Of a stretch of DNA of 64,000 bases, positions 1-13,094 are shown piece after piece. The stretch covers positions 67,394,001-67,458,000 of the forward strand of contig OX597825.1 in assembly GCA_951406725.2 (NCBI GenBank), in the 5' to 3' direction. The notes beneath the pieces were generated by a model. That model was not told the DNA's origin. It ran no database searches and saw nothing but the letters and a program-made list of their open reading frames with translations. Both the position numbers and the translations under genes were made by a program. The stretch is from Octopus vulgaris (taxonomy: Eukaryota). The first letter of the stretch is position 1. The number at the start of each line of letters is the position of its first letter.

Positions 1-274
1 AAGAGGGGAGGGGTCGGTTAGGGAAGAGGTGTGAAGTGGACGGGTCGGACTGGAGATGACGGAAAGCTCGAAGAATAGTGCGTTGGAGAAGTAGGGTCGT
101 GGGGTGGTAAGTGAGGAGAAAAGGGAGGCGGGAGACTACAGGGCGGGTTCGGGGAGAGAGAACAGATACACGGTCCACGGAATGTGCTCTGGCAAGGGCA
201 GTGTGGATAGTGGTGAGGGGGTATCCACGTAGGATGAAGTGGTGAGCCATACGTTGAGACTGAGTCTCAAAGTC
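1..274 (-). mobile_element. Penelope-like element (Neptune-type) ORF fragment, RT-thumb/linker region; runs off the window edge
   Basis: The minus-strand frame has no stop: DFETQSQRMAHHFILRGYPLTTIHTALARAHSVDRVSVLSPRTRPVVSRLPFLLTYHPTTLLLQRTILRAFRHLQSDPSTSHLFPNRPLPS. The RGYP, TYHP and LQSDP motifs are typical of PLEs between RT and GIY-YIG. Confidence 0.8.
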
Positions 275-295
275 ATATATATATATATATATATA

Positions 296-486
296 CGGAG
301 AATTCACAAAAAAACCCCAAAAAAAACGAAGACAGGAGGTGTAGACAACAAACGGATGAATTAACATAACGCCCGGGAAGTGAAAAAGTATTTAACCTTT
401 CGAGCCTACGCTCTTCCACAGAAAGGAACACAGAAAGAAACAAGGAGAGAAAATAAAGAATCTGTAGTGGCTAGCGAGCTATCATG
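296..486 (-). mobile_element. PLE pseudo-LTR fragment with degenerate hammerhead-like motif
   Basis: Minus strand ~391-425 reads ctgtgga-a-gagc-gtag-gctc-gaaa. It lies next to (TA)n and the PLE ORF fragment. Confidence 0.55.
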
Positions 487-504
487 AGTACAAACGTATG
501 GATT

Positions 505-997
505 TATATATGTGGTTGTTGTCGTCGTCGTCGGTTGATGGTCACTATTTTGTTCAGAAATCATCTGCAGCACTCTCACATGTGGGCTACACGAGCTGCT
601 CTCGATGTGCAGCGGCGATGGCATCTGCTACAAGGAAAGATGCATACACAATGGAGAAGTGACGTCTTTCATGTGCTTCTTCAGATATCATGTGGTCTCC
701 GTTGTATCTGCTCAATCGTTGCAATTACGAGATGTAGCAATCGGTGCCATTCATTGCACTACAGCATTTTTGTGCGCCTGGGTGTCTAGGGAAATGCTGG
801 ATTTCTAAATATGTCTATTCAGCACATACCTCTAAGCTTCGGCCAACGCGGCTCCCCCTGCACTGGTGCAGCTAAGCATAGGGAACCACCTATGGGATCT
901 TGACGCTCTGTATGCTACAGACATGTCCTGCACGGCACAGCTGCGATGATACCTCTACACTAACAGCACTAGCATGATGCGACACCTCTACAGACAT
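505..997 (-). mobile_element. RTE-clade LINE 3' end, decayed
   Basis: Minus strand gives SVEVSSQLCRAGHVCSIQSVKIP (cf. QLRWAGHVxRM..RIP) and FPCSRCHRRCTSRAARVAHM*EC (RTE C-terminal Cys/His motif), followed by an (ACG)n/(ACA)n tail. Confidence 0.7.
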
Positions 998-1176
<179 letters not shown>

Positions 1177-1178
1177 TT

Positions 1179-1745
1179 CTCATATATATTTAAATGTTAA
1201 ACATCTGGAGTTTTACAGATTTCTACAGATGGATTGGATCTGTAGTCTTCGAATTAGCTTTCCCTTTCCTAGTTTTGCGAAATCTAGTTTCTCAAGACGG
1301 GTATTTAGGCAGTGTGTTACATATCACAGTGCTCCAGTAATTACAGGTATAAACCTAGCCTTGTAATCTGGGTAGAGTAACATGCTCATATATATTTAAA
1401 TGTTAAACATCTGGAGTTTTACAGATTTCTACAGATGGATTGGATCTGTAGTCTTCGAATTAGCTTTCCCCTTTCTAGTTTTGCGAAGTCTAGTTTCTCA
1501 AGACGGGTATTTAGGCAGTGTGTTACATATCCCAGAGCTCCAGTAATTACAGGTATAAACCTAGCCTTGTAATCTGGGTAGAGTAACAGCAAACTTCTCA
1601 ATAATTCAGTATAGGTACTTTCTTTTCAGCTGCTCTTCGGCTTTATGTTAACATCCGCTGGGCAGCTGATTTCCACAAATTTACACAATTTTACTTCTCT
1701 ATTTCAAATCATTATACGAGGCCTATTGTGTTTACATTTTATAAT
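1179..1745 (-). mobile_element. R4/Dong-type (restriction-like endonuclease) non-LTR retrotransposon 3' end, with tandemly duplicated terminus
   Basis: Minus strand gives KCKHNRPRIMI*NREVKLCKFVEISCPADVNI...LYPDYKARFIPVITGALGYV, an RLE domain pattern. 1179-1382 is repeated at 1385-1588. Confidence 0.75.
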
Positions 1746-2255
1746 GTATATGTGTATGTATGTATGTATGTATGTATGTATGTATGTATGTATGTATGTA
1801 TGTATGTATGTATGTATGTATGTATGTATGTATGTATGTATGTATGTATGTGTGTGTATGTATGTATGTATGTGTGTATGTATGTATGTGTGTATGTATG
1901 TATGTATGTTTGTATGTATGTATGTGTGTATGTATGTGTGTATGTATGTATGTGTGTATGTATGTGTGTATGTATGTATGTATGTGTGTATGTATGTATG
2001 TATGTATGTATGTATGTATGCATGTATGTGTGTATGTATGTATGTATGTATGTATGTGTGTATGTGTGTATGTATGTATGCATGTATGTGTGTATGTATG
2101 TATGTATGTATGTATGTGTGTATGTATGTATGTATGTGTGTATGTATGTATGTATGTGTGTATGTATGTATGTATGTGTGTATGTATGTATCTATGTATG
2201 TATGTATGTATGTATGTATGTATGTATGTATGAATGCATGAATGAATGAATGTGT
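1745..2255. repeat. (TATG)n microsatellite with TG variants
   Basis: Direct reading. It explains the MYVC/HTYI ORFs. Confidence 0.98.
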
Positions 2256-2481
2256 GTTTGTATATTTATATATGTCTTGATGCATCTACATATTATATTG
2301 TATTTATATGCGTCTGTTTGATTTGTATTTGCTGAGTTTTGTCCGTTTTCATGTGTAGCTAGATATATGAACATTAATTTCAAATATTAAGCTGTGAAAA
2401 CGATATAAGCAGAAGTGTCGTCGATAGCCGCTACTTATATTTTCGAGACCATATGAGTAGTGATAAGATTATTATGATACC

Positions 2482-2814
2482 TATTTCTTTACTACCCACA
2501 AGGGGCTAAACACAGAGAGGGGACAAACAAGGACAGACAAACGGATTAAGTCGATTACATCGACACCAGTGCATAACTGGTACTTATTTGATCGGCCTCG
2601 AAAGGATGAAAGGCAAAGTCAACCTCGGCGGAATCTGAACTCAGAACGTAGCGGCAGACGAAATACCTATTTCTTTACTACCCTCAAGGGGCTAAACACA
2701 GAGGGGACAAACAAGGACAGACAAACGGATTAAGTCGATTACATCGACACCAGTGTGTAACTGGTACTTATTTGATCGATCCCGAAAGGATGAAAGGCAA
2801 AGTCGACCTCGCCT
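2482..2814 (-). mobile_element. SINE family A, 5'-truncated dimer
   Basis: Two body+tail units, flanked by the TSD ttattatgatacc (2469-2481, 2815-2827). Confidence 0.85.
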
Positions 2815-3069
2815 TTATTATGATACCGAGCACTGTTCCCTATGAAGTACTAAGCTTTAGGACGAGACACTTTCACAAACATAAATTAGGTTACAACACT
2901 TGCCTTAAATCTGATTTGAAAACAGTAATATGCTGGAAGATGGGTAAGAAATGTTATAGATAAAGGACCGTCTGGAGAGGGTTTTCTACTTAACACGTTC
3001 AAACATTAAACCTGTAATATTGAAAGTAGAGTCAAGGCCACATATATTCTTTCAGCTATCAAGGACTAA

Positions 3070-3264
3070 CATTTTGGTGGAGCAGGGAAGTTGATTACAT
3101 CGACCCCCAGTGCTTAACTGGTGCTTATTTAATTGACCCCAGAAAGATGAAAGATAAATTCAGCCTCGGCAGAATTTGAACTCTTGTCGCAAAGACGGAC
3201 GAAATGCCGCGAATCATTTTGCTCGGGAAAGCTAACTATTCTATCGGATCGCTGCCTTGAATAC

Positions 3265-3295
<31 letters not shown>

Positions 3296-3480
3296 AGCCG
3301 TATTTCGTCTTCCGTTACGTTCTGAGTTCAAATTCCGCCGAGGTGGACTTTGCCTTTCATCCTTTCGGGGTCGATAAATTAAGTACCAGTTAAGCACTGG
3401 GGTCGATGTAATCGTCTTAATCCGTTTGTCTGTCCTTGTTTGTCCCCTCTATTTTTAAACCCTTGTGGGTAATAAAGAAA
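3070..3480. mobile_element. Two SINE A copies in opposite orientation around (TA)n
   Basis: 3070-3260 is on the minus strand and 3293-3480 on the plus strand. Both share the core gactttgcctttcatcctttcggggtcgat. Confidence 0.8.
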
Positions 3481-4434
3481 CATATATATATTAATCGATA
3501 TTTTCATATATTCAGGCATTAATTGGCTTTATCTGTATGAGGTTGGTATTGCTAACCACTCAGTGATACATGAACCAAAGGAAGTAGCTTATAGATCATA
3601 CCACTTGAAAGAAAATATTGTCCTGCAGTCAAACGTTCTTTTTCTAGTGGTGCTCTGACGATGTATATACATCTGTACATTGACAAGACTCTGCTTTTTG
3701 ACTTTCTGTGTATCTCAGAAGAGACAATTGTATGATAGTAGCAGATCATTATCTAGTCATCTTCGCTTTGCAGCTGACTGAACTATAGCTACCTTCATTG
3801 ATTAATCGACCTCCATTATACGCGTGAGTGTCTATGTATCTCTATATATATATATGTGTATGACTATGTGCGTGCGTGCGTGTGTGATGGTGAACATCAA
3901 TATTAATGACACCTACGATGTATTCATCATAAGGTGAAGATCTTACCAAATTGCTCCCAACAACTCTTACTTTGTACCCTCTCTCTCAAGTCACATATAA
4001 ATTTATTATCTTCACTTCTCCATCCATCTTGTCTCCGGTTTTCGACTCTATAGACCCATCTCTTTCGCTCCTAGTTTTTTACACAGGTTTTTATAACTTT
4101 TGCTCTTTGTTAGAGCCTCATGCTCTGCCTGCCTTCGTTTTCTCTTCTTTCAAAATATATTTATGAGACTTTTTTCTCTTTCGTTTGATCTCTTATTCAG
4201 TGACAATTTTCTTGATCATATTATTGATTCTTAAATGCATTTTCCATAGTTCTTTGCGTTGTTTCAATCACGAGATGTGTTTCTTTTCCAAAAGTCTTTG
4301 CGGGCATATTAACACTTGGATCAATAAGAACGAGACAAGCACTTAAAGTAACGGAAACATTAAAAGGAATGAAATAATGAAATGGGAGGAATATTGAAAG
4401 AAGAGACAACGCTAAAACACCGTAAATATTGTTT

Positions 4435-4880
4435 TCAAATTTCGGCACAAGGCCAGTAATTTAGGGGTGGGAATGGTGTAAATTGATAAACATCGACACC
4501 AATACACAACTGACACTTATTTTATCAGAACCGGAAGAATGAAAAGCAAAGTCAACCTTGAAGGAATGTGAACTTAGAACGCTTAAACGGACGAAATGAC
4601 GCTAAGCATTTTATTCGGCGTGCTGAAGACACTACCAGTTCATCGCCTTAAAACAAAGGGAGTTTAGGTTTCTAATTCTGGCACAAAGCCGGCAATTTCG
4701 GGTGATGGGTAAGTCGATTACATCGACCCCAGTGCTCAACTGATATTTATTTTGTCGACCCTGAAATGATTAAAAAGCAAATCGACATCGGCGAATTGGA
4801 ACTCGGAAGATAAAGCCGGACGGGAAACCGTTTAGTATTTTACCCAGCGTGTTAGTGATACCGCCAGCTGGTCGCCTTAA
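4435..4880 (-). mobile_element. Two tandem diverged SINE A copies
   Basis: Similar to the family A consensus seen elsewhere in the window. Confidence 0.75.
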
Positions 4881-5269
4881 AAACAGAAGAAATATTACGA
4901 CATCTGTTGTGACATAAGGCAGCGAAATTTCAGTGGCATTAAATTTATGGTGTAAAACGGCTGTACCAAAAACCTGTCATGCCCATGAAATAAATACAAG
5001 GCGCCACAAAAGTCACTCTCAGTTTCAGTGAAATTTGATACTTCTTATGAACTATTGCTGTTTACGTTCCTGTATCTTAGCGCTTCGGCAAATGAAAACG
5101 ATATAATAGGTAACGGGATTCATTCGACTAAAATGCTTCAAGGTGGTGCCCCACTATGGTCGCGATCTAATGAGTGAAACAAGTAAAAGATAAAAGAATG
5201 CTATACTGTCATTAAGATAAAGTGTTAGTAGAGCAAATTTGTGCTTTTACAAAATGTTAATTGGTTTAT

Positions 5270-5470
5270 GCTCTTTTTACTCGTTTAATTGTTTCAGTCA
5301 TTTGACTGTGGCCATGCCGGAGCACCGCAGATCAACCACAGGACTTATTCTTTGTAAGCCTAGCACTTATTCAATCGGTCTCTTTTGCGGACCCGCTAAG
5401 TTACGGGGACGTAAACACACCAGCATCGGTTGTCAAACGATTTGGAGGGGACAAACGCCGACACCAGTAT

Positions 5471-5529
<59 letters not shown>

Positions 5530-5650
5530 CATATATATGACGGGCTTCTTTCAGTTTCCGTCTACCAAATCCACTCACAATGCTTTAATCGGCCCGAGGC
5601 TATAGTAGAAGACACCTGCCCAAGGTGCCACGCAGTGGGACTGAACCCGA
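5270..5650 (-). mobile_element. SINE family B with internal (TA)n/(CA)n
   Basis: Reverse complement of the 37588-37985 copy. Confidence 0.85.
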
Positions 5651-6789
5651 CTTCTGTAGTTTTTATTTTTATTTTTCAAATCCAAATAACTAATGATGAA
5701 GGTGAAAGAACGGGTACTTGTGGTAACATGAAAGATAAAAGGCCTGAAATGCAAAGAAATTAGAAATAAATTTGAGGGGAAGTTTCATAATAAAGGTCCA
5801 ATAGACAACGTTATTCGTGAGGTAATGAAATTTCAGAAAGCTGAATTTGGATGACAACAGAAATGGACATCCAAGAAAATCAAATAGAATTGAATTGGTT
5901 CGGGAAGCATTTAAACAAGAGCTGCAATTATTGACACATAGGGCAGCTAAAATGTTAGTAATTCCACGTGCATCAATCCGAAAAATCCTACAAAGTGAAT
6001 TGAATGAAAAGGTTTATCACATTTAATTTTTTCACAACTTACGAGAAAAGGACTATCCTCACAGATCTGCGATGTTCGCTGAGCTTACTGATCAAATTAA
6101 GAGCGCCGATTTAATCAGCAAAATTCTATTCAGTGATGAAGCCACCTTCCACACATGGGAAAACTTAATCATCATAATTGTCGCATTTGGAAAAGCATGC
6201 AGCCAACTGAATTTCTTGAATGGGAACAAATACACTAAAGTGAATATTTGGTTTGATATGACTGAGTCAAAAGTGTATAAACCTTTATTATTCGCAGAGA
6301 CTATGGTCACGGGAATTGTGTATCTTCGTATGCTTGAACAATTCCTCGAATCTCAACTTCTTACAAACTGCATTCTTGACACAGTAGTTTTTCAACCGTA
6401 CGGAGTACTGTGCCATTATACAATGATTATACGTAATTTTTTTGACAGGTGATTCCCTCATCGTTGGATTGGTTGTAGAAGACAACTATGGGAAGCACGA
6501 TCATTCAATTTAACACCATTAGATTTTTTACGCTTAAGGGTTTATTGAATCTATGGGGTATACCAATAGAAGAATTAGAGATGTAGCAGAGCTTCGAAAT
6601 CTTATTACTGATGCATTTCGAAACGTAACACAACAGATGCTGGAAAATGGGTTCCTTGAAGCTATCTGTCGCTTTGAGCTCTGTTGAGATACTGACGGTT
6701 AACACGCGGAACACCACTTGTTTACAGTATAATGTTTGAAATTGATATGTTATTCAAATTTAAACCAGTTTTCCTAATTATATATTTAT

Positions 6790-7100
6790 TTATACGCCCT
6801 TTTCAAGCCTAGCCAGGCTCATGGGCCCGGTTTCCCGGTTTCTATGGCGTGCGTCCCCCCCCCCCCCCAGCTGGATGGGACGCCAGTCCATCGCAGCGTT
6901 ACTCAAGAAACAGTAAGAGAGAGTGAGAGAAAGTTGGGCCGAAAGAGTACAACAGGGGTCGCCACCACCCCCTGCCGGAGCCTCGTGAAGCTTTTAGGTG
7001 TTTTCGCTCTATAAACACACACAACGCCCGGTCTGGGAATCGAAACCGAGATCCTCCGATCGCGAGTCCGCTGCCCTAACCACTGGGCCATTGCGCCTCC
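6790..7100 (-). mobile_element. tRNA-derived SINE, head C + tail 2
   Basis: A box tggcccagtgg and B box gtttcgattcc on the minus strand. The tail contains ctgcgatggactggcgtccc. Imperfect TSD cagttttcctaat/cagtttttcccaat. Confidence 0.85.
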
Positions 7101-7125
7101 TCAGTTTTTCCCAATACCAGGTATT

Positions 7126-7320
7126 AAGATGCGGGCTTCATATATTTCTTAGTGAACGGAACTTTAGAAGTGATAAATATCCAGGTGAGGTATATACTGC
7201 AGGCTAAGGATATCTTGATTAAATTATATATTTTCTTCTTTTCCTTTCTTTTAATACTTATTTCTCTCTACAATTATATTCTCCTCTCCTCTGCTTTCTA
7301 CATAAAATAAAGTTTTTTCT
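7126..7320. mobile_element. Unclassified two-segment (X/Y) repeat insertion
   Basis: Flanked by the direct repeat aataccaggtatt (7113-7125, 7321-7333). Homologous segments occur at 9455-9722 and 10281-10405. Confidence 0.6.
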
Positions 7321-7809
7321 AATACCAGGTATTTTTCGAAATAGGTAGTGACTTTTAAGACACCCTGTATATTCGTCATTTATTATCATTTTAGCCAGTT
7401 TTGATGATCTCACTTCAAGCATGGTTTTGAACGCAATTGTGTTTTCCTCATATTTATTTCCAGTCCCACTTAGCTGCTTTCTTTTGTCGCTTCATTTAAC
7501 ATCTGTTCAAGTTCATAAGCATTTCTTGGGAAGAAGTTTATGTCGCCACCGAAGTGTAAATGATTTATAAACTTTCGATTGATGTTTATTCCTATTTCAT
7601 CCAAGTTAAGCCTTTTAGAGATGCCGTCCAGTGCAGCTTACAAGTGTTTGGAAGAATATGGGCAATATTATGATTCCTTGTTTTACTTCTCTTTTATTAC
7701 TGATCGTTTCATTTTCAGTGTGAAATGTTATGTATGCTGCTCCCAGATATAGATTTACATCCTCTCTCTTTCACTCTCTCTCTCTTTTTCTCGCTTTCTT
7801 ATTGTGTAT

Positions 7810-7868
<59 letters not shown>

Positions 7869-8160
7869 TATAGATAGATAGATAGATAGATATATGGACA
7901 GATGGATTGATGGATGGATAGATAGATGGATAGATAGATCGATGGATAGATAGATGGATAGATAGATAGATAGATAGATGGATAGATGGATAGTTAGATC
8001 GATAGATAGATAGATGGATAGATAGATGGATAGTTAGATCGATAGATAGATAGATGGATAGATAGATCGATAGATAGAAAGAAAGAAAAATAGATAAACA
8101 GGTAGACACATAGACAATCAGACATATAGGTAAGCAAATAGATAGAGAGAAAGACATGAA
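7810..8160. repeat. Degenerate (GATA)n/(GGAT)n microsatellite
   Basis: Direct reading. Confidence 0.95.
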
Positions 8161-8624
8161 TACAGACAGATAGATGGGGATACCGACTGAGAGTGAGAGA
8201 GAGAGAGAGATTCAGTATAAGAAATGATGCAGCATAGAGAGTCCTTCTAATCTTTCTTCCGTGTGCCAGCAGCAAAAGCAAACACGTCCTCTACACTCCG
8301 TAAAGTAATTACTGAGAGAAGTATCTAACTTTAGAAATCAGGATAAAATAAAACGTAATTGTTGGACGTGGTCTACACAAGTCGCATCACTTTCTATCTG
8401 TTTGATAGAGTAGTACATCTAAATAAGATTTGATCGTCCTCGTGTGTTACATGCCTTTTCTTGAAAGTGACGCGATAAAATCCACTTAGCGCACTCTGTT
8501 GCGTGGTTTGAGAAATAGAAAGGGCAGCTAGCTGTTGAGAATACACCATAAGCGAGACGTGAACTTCAGATGCAGCCGCATAAGCTACACGTGTAGCACA
8601 TGTGGCAACTTCGAGTAAAAACTA

Positions 8625-8795
8625 AGGCATGGCTGTGTGGTAAGTAGTTTGCTTAGTTTGCTTACCATCCACATGGTTCCAGGTTCAGTCACACTGCACG
8701 GCACAATGGGCAAGTGTATTCTACTATAGGCTCGGGCCGACCAAAGCCTTGTCAGCGGATTTGATAGACGGGGACAGAAAGTAGACCGTTGTATG

Positions 8796-8841
<46 letters not shown>

Positions 8842-9075
8842 CCCCCATCAATGCTTGCCAACTGATGCTGGTGTGTTTACGTCCTCATAACTTAGCGGTT
8901 CGGCAAAAGAGACCGATAGAATAAGTACTAGGCTTACAAAGAATATTCCTTGTAAGCTTAGTACTTTTTCTATCGGTCTTTTTTGCCGACCTACTAAGCT
9001 ACAGAGACGTAAACACACCAGCATCGGTTGTCAAGCGATGGTGGGGTGGGGACAAACACGGACACACACGCACAT
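8625..9075. mobile_element. SINE B (+) fused tail-to-tail to a partial SINE B (-)
   Basis: The plus copy ends ...ggcttacaaagaatattc and is immediately followed by the reverse complement cttgtaagcttagtact... Confidence 0.85.
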
Positions 9076-9097
9076 AAACACACATATATATATATGG

Positions 9098-9250
<153 letters not shown>

Positions 9251-9720
9251 TAAGATCCAGGGATCGAGGTGCAGGAAGAAAATTAGTGTCAAGCAAACCG
9301 TAGTAAATATGAAAAAACAACTTTCAGATACAATATTGTTTTATTGAGACGGAAGGTTGTGGATTATTTCGTATCGATGTACGATAAACTGAAAAAAGTT
9401 TTTATATTTCATGGTAGGCGACTAGGGTTTCCGAGTGTGCCATTAAGAATACAAGTATTACAGAATGGAGTAGATAAGATCCGGGTTACATATGCTTCAT
9501 AATGAGCGGAACTTCAGAAGTGGTAAATATATAGGTGAGGTGTGTACCGTAGGCTACACCTCTGGCCAAGGATATCTTGATTAAATGAAAGTTTACATTG
9601 TCGCAAGGAGGTACATGTTAACGCATGGAAGAGTCAATCAGAATGTGGAGAAAGCAGAGTAGGAGAAGAGAATATAATTGTAGATAGAATTAAGTATTAA
9701 AAGAAGGGTAAAGAAGAAAA

Positions 9721-10280
9721 TATTGGGTTGTCCGGAAAGTTCGTGCCGATTTTTAAAGGAAAGAAAAAGGGCAATAAATAGTTGCCATTACTCAAGCTTT
9801 ACCAGGTGCTCATGAACGACAGATTTTGATAGGTTGAGGCTTTCTGCCAATTCTCGAGTTGTGCAATGTGAGTTATTCTCAATTGCCTTGATTTGGTCAT
9901 CATCTGTAGTGGATAGTTTGCCTGATCGGTTTTTATCAATAAGTCTACAATCTCCAGCTCGGAACCTTGCGAACCACTTCCGTACAGTTCTTTCAGATAA
10001 AGAAACATCACCGTAAACTGCGCATATTTCTTTGATTGCTTGTGAGGCATTTTCCCCCCTTTACGTAAAAATAAAAGCATCAAGTGCCGAAAATTAACTT
10101 TCTTATCTTCCATTTTAAAGGGTTACAGAATTAACACAGGTTATAGGAAGATAAACCTTCTTCAACGAAAAGATAGCTTAAACTGTGCTCTAAATGGAGG
10201 TGTAATCAAATCCTATTTTATGGACTCAACCATGTTCTAAAATAAGTCGAAAGGTAAGCTAGTATAAATCAGCACGAACT
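9721..10280 (-). mobile_element. Internally deleted mariner element (N-terminal HTH region of transposase)
   Basis: ORF MEDKKVNFRHLMLLFLRKG, then a frameshift to ICAVYGDVSLSERTVRKWFARFRAGD...TTRELAESLNLSKSVVHEHL. TIR tattgggttgtccggaaagttcgtgccgattt on the left; partial reverse complement aaatcagcacgaact on the right. Confidence 0.88.
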
Positions 10281-10404
10281 AATTTAATCAAGATATCCTT
10301 AGCCTGCAGTATATACCTCACCTGGATATTTATCATTTATGAGGTTCCGTTCACTAAGAACCATATGTAGCTCGCATCTTATCTACTCCATTCTGTAACT
10401 CTCG

Positions 10405-10434
<30 letters not shown>

Positions 10435-10436
<2 letters not shown>

Positions 10437-10590
10437 GGGCTTCTTTCAGTTTCCGTCAATGTACTTACAAGACTTTTGTTGGCCCGGGGCTAAAATAGAA
10501 TGCACAAGAACAATGTGCCACGCAGCATTTTTTTATATTCACTCAGAACCATGTGGATGAGATGAAATCTTACTACAGCCACGCCTGCAT
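10435..10590 (-). mobile_element. SINE B 5' part, diverged
   Basis: cgggcttctttcagtttccgtc...acagccacgcctgc. Confidence 0.7.
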
Positions 10591-12534
10591 CTCTGATACA
10601 CTGGATGAGCCGCTAGGCCAGAAGGTAGAACAGTCTACGTATATCACCTGTAATTTTGTAATATTTTTGCATGTGTTATCAAGGAACCTGACCTGACAAT
10701 CTTCACTAGAGACGATGAAGCCCCACCCAAACCACAAACCAGTGGGCAAAATATGCGTAAAATTACGATGGCGTTGATATCAATGAAAATGATGATGGTG
10801 ATTCTCTGAAACCGGATGCCTGTGATGACAGCTACGTATAACAAATTAGATAATGTAATTTATATCACAAATATCTCGCTCGTTATCAGACAACAACCAA
10901 TCTCGCTTATATAACTTATCAACAATCATATAAAGAAACTCTAATCTCCTTTTCCTGTTTTTGTCTTCATTCTTTCATTCACACTTCCCATTATTTTTCT
11001 CCTTTGTTCCTCATCTTCGCACCTTTCTTTCTAACCACTTCCCTAACGGCTTAACGAAGAAGGTTCTACCTGGTCGCTCTTAAATTCCAAGAACTGTAGG
11101 GTAATTTCGTTCGAATTATATTTTATCGTCTTTAATAATAGCTGATGTAGACTTAGATACAGTGGTGGTCCTATATACACTGTCTGATAAAATTCATCCA
11201 CGGATAATCATGGGAGGTATGTTCTTTTGCAGTGATCCTTTTAATCATAGCTAGGATGGTGTTAAAGAACATGCCAGCAAACAGGGATGAGTTAAGGAGA
11301 GGAAAACTGTGGTCGCACGCTATGCTAGAAATAGAAGACAAAATATCCTTTCTGAAATCGCACGCTTATGTCATAGGTGAGAAAGAATCCTTTGAATAAT
11401 GTCAACATAAAAATACAGGAATACCTCAGTTTACGTTTGTAATCGGTTTTAAGACATGCGACCTAACTTGAAAAAACGATATATCACGAAAGATCAATTA
11501 AAAAATCTATTAGCTTACATCTTTTATGAGGAATGCTTTTATACATTTTTTCGCTTGTACATGATTCTCCACTTTGCTATTGGTTTTTTTTTTTTTTGGT
11601 TTTTTGGTTGCTTTTGTTTTTTAATTTATATTCTTTTAAATATATTTGTTGTAATCGATGTTAAGTCGGATAAATCGACTAAGGTAGAGGATTATTCCTT
11701 AAAGAAAAAGAAGAAAAAAAACAACTGATTGTCGGAAAATACGTAACTCGAAACGGTGTAAGTTGAGGTATGGCTGTACTACTTGACATAGATAGATTGG
11801 TGGATTGGGCAGTCACAGGCGGACCATTTTATGACAGGACACCGCTACTACCTTGAAACAAAAGGGAAGAACCGTTGAACTGCGTAGTCTTATATAAATC
11901 ATGCCTGAAATAAAAAGAAAAAAATAGGTGCCAAGAGTACGGCCGCAATCCCATTTATGGCTGGTTTACTCGGTCAGTGCTAATTTGAATGAGGTAGCCA
12001 CCAGGGTTAGCGTATGACTTGTACGAAAATAACTTGGTAGCATATACCATGTTTTTACTAATTGTTTTATGTGCCTAGTTGGTGATTGCCACTTGTTTAT
12101 AGAGAAAGGCCATCTCTACATTTAGTAAATGCCGTCATGAGATCTTCATATTTAGCAAATCCAGCTTTGGACAAACAGACGCTACTGCAGATGTCACAAG
12201 CATTTTCAGGCAGAAAAGTGTCCGGAATTGAAATCGATTCATCTGCCTATGCAGTCACAAGCTCACGTAGACACTCTCTTCTCTCTCTCACCCTTTGTAC
12301 CGGTGGTACATTGAGAATGTGACCATTAGAGGAAGAGAGAGGGCGACACTAGTACTCGGCAGGCTCATATACTCTGCTGAGTAGACTGAAGAAACGTGAA
12401 ATTAAAAAAAAAGCGCTTTGTTTAAGAACACAGCGGTCTACGAGAAGGGCACATAACACTATGAAGGTACGCCAAATAAACTAACAGGACCCCGCACACA
12501 TACCAACACTGATTTAAGGACTCGGAAATAGGAA

Positions 12535-12839
12535 AGACCATGTGATTGTACCTAGAAAGTTACCCACCGTGGTACAAGTCTGGGCAAGGTTGTTTATGGC
12601 AGACCAGCAGTCGTCCATGCATACCAGATTCCCCTCTCCACGCCACTGAGCTTATCAAAGGGGCCAATACAGTTTGGCACCAGTGACGTCGTAACTTATT
12701 TCTAAAGGTGAGTGAATTGGAGCAACGTGAAATAAAGTGTCTTGCTCAAGAACACAATACACATCCCGGTCCGAGAATCGAACTCACTACCTCGTGATTG
12801 TAACCCCGACGCCCTAACCACTGAGCTATGTGTCTTCAC
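12535..12839 (-). mobile_element. tRNA-derived SINE, head D + CORE-like domain + tail 3
   Basis: Minus strand reads tagctcagtggttagggcg...gagttcgattc, then ttgtgttcttgagcaagacactttatttcacgttgctcc. Confidence 0.75.
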
Positions 12840-13094
12840 AATAACAACATCGACAACAAAGAAGGGTTAAGTTAATGATGGTGACTGTATTTGATCATTT
12901 ACTCGATTAGAAAAAGTAAACATGGCTCTTCCTCTCACTAAAATGGTACCTTACAAACTTCATGATAAATATAGAAGGGGAAAAATGTGACAAAAAACCC
13001 AACGATGCATCCAATTTGATTGAAGAACACAGAATGGATGCTCAAGGCTGGAACGTTTTAGATCACGGGTATTCGGCAATAGATTAATTACAAG

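Larger units (their letters stand above)
4995..7369 (+). mobile_element. Decayed Tc1/mariner-superfamily (rosa-like) transposon with nested insertions
   Basis: Transposase remnants at ~5790-6720: ILFSDEATFH, HNCRIW, KVNIW, VTGIVYLRML, FPHRWIG, ARSFNLTPLDF. Degenerate TIRs are tacaaggcgccacaaaagtcact (4995) and agtgacttttaagacaccctgta (ends 7369). Confidence 0.75.

Noticed and set aside
1645-2285. Long ORFs such as [16 protein letters not shown], and similar YIYI, IYLS, poly-E, poly-I and poly-N ORFs throughout
   Set aside because: They are translations of microsatellites with no coding evidence.
9412-9445. Minus-strand gaaaccctagtc resembling a hammerhead 3' half
   Set aside because: No CUGAnGA is present at a suitable distance.
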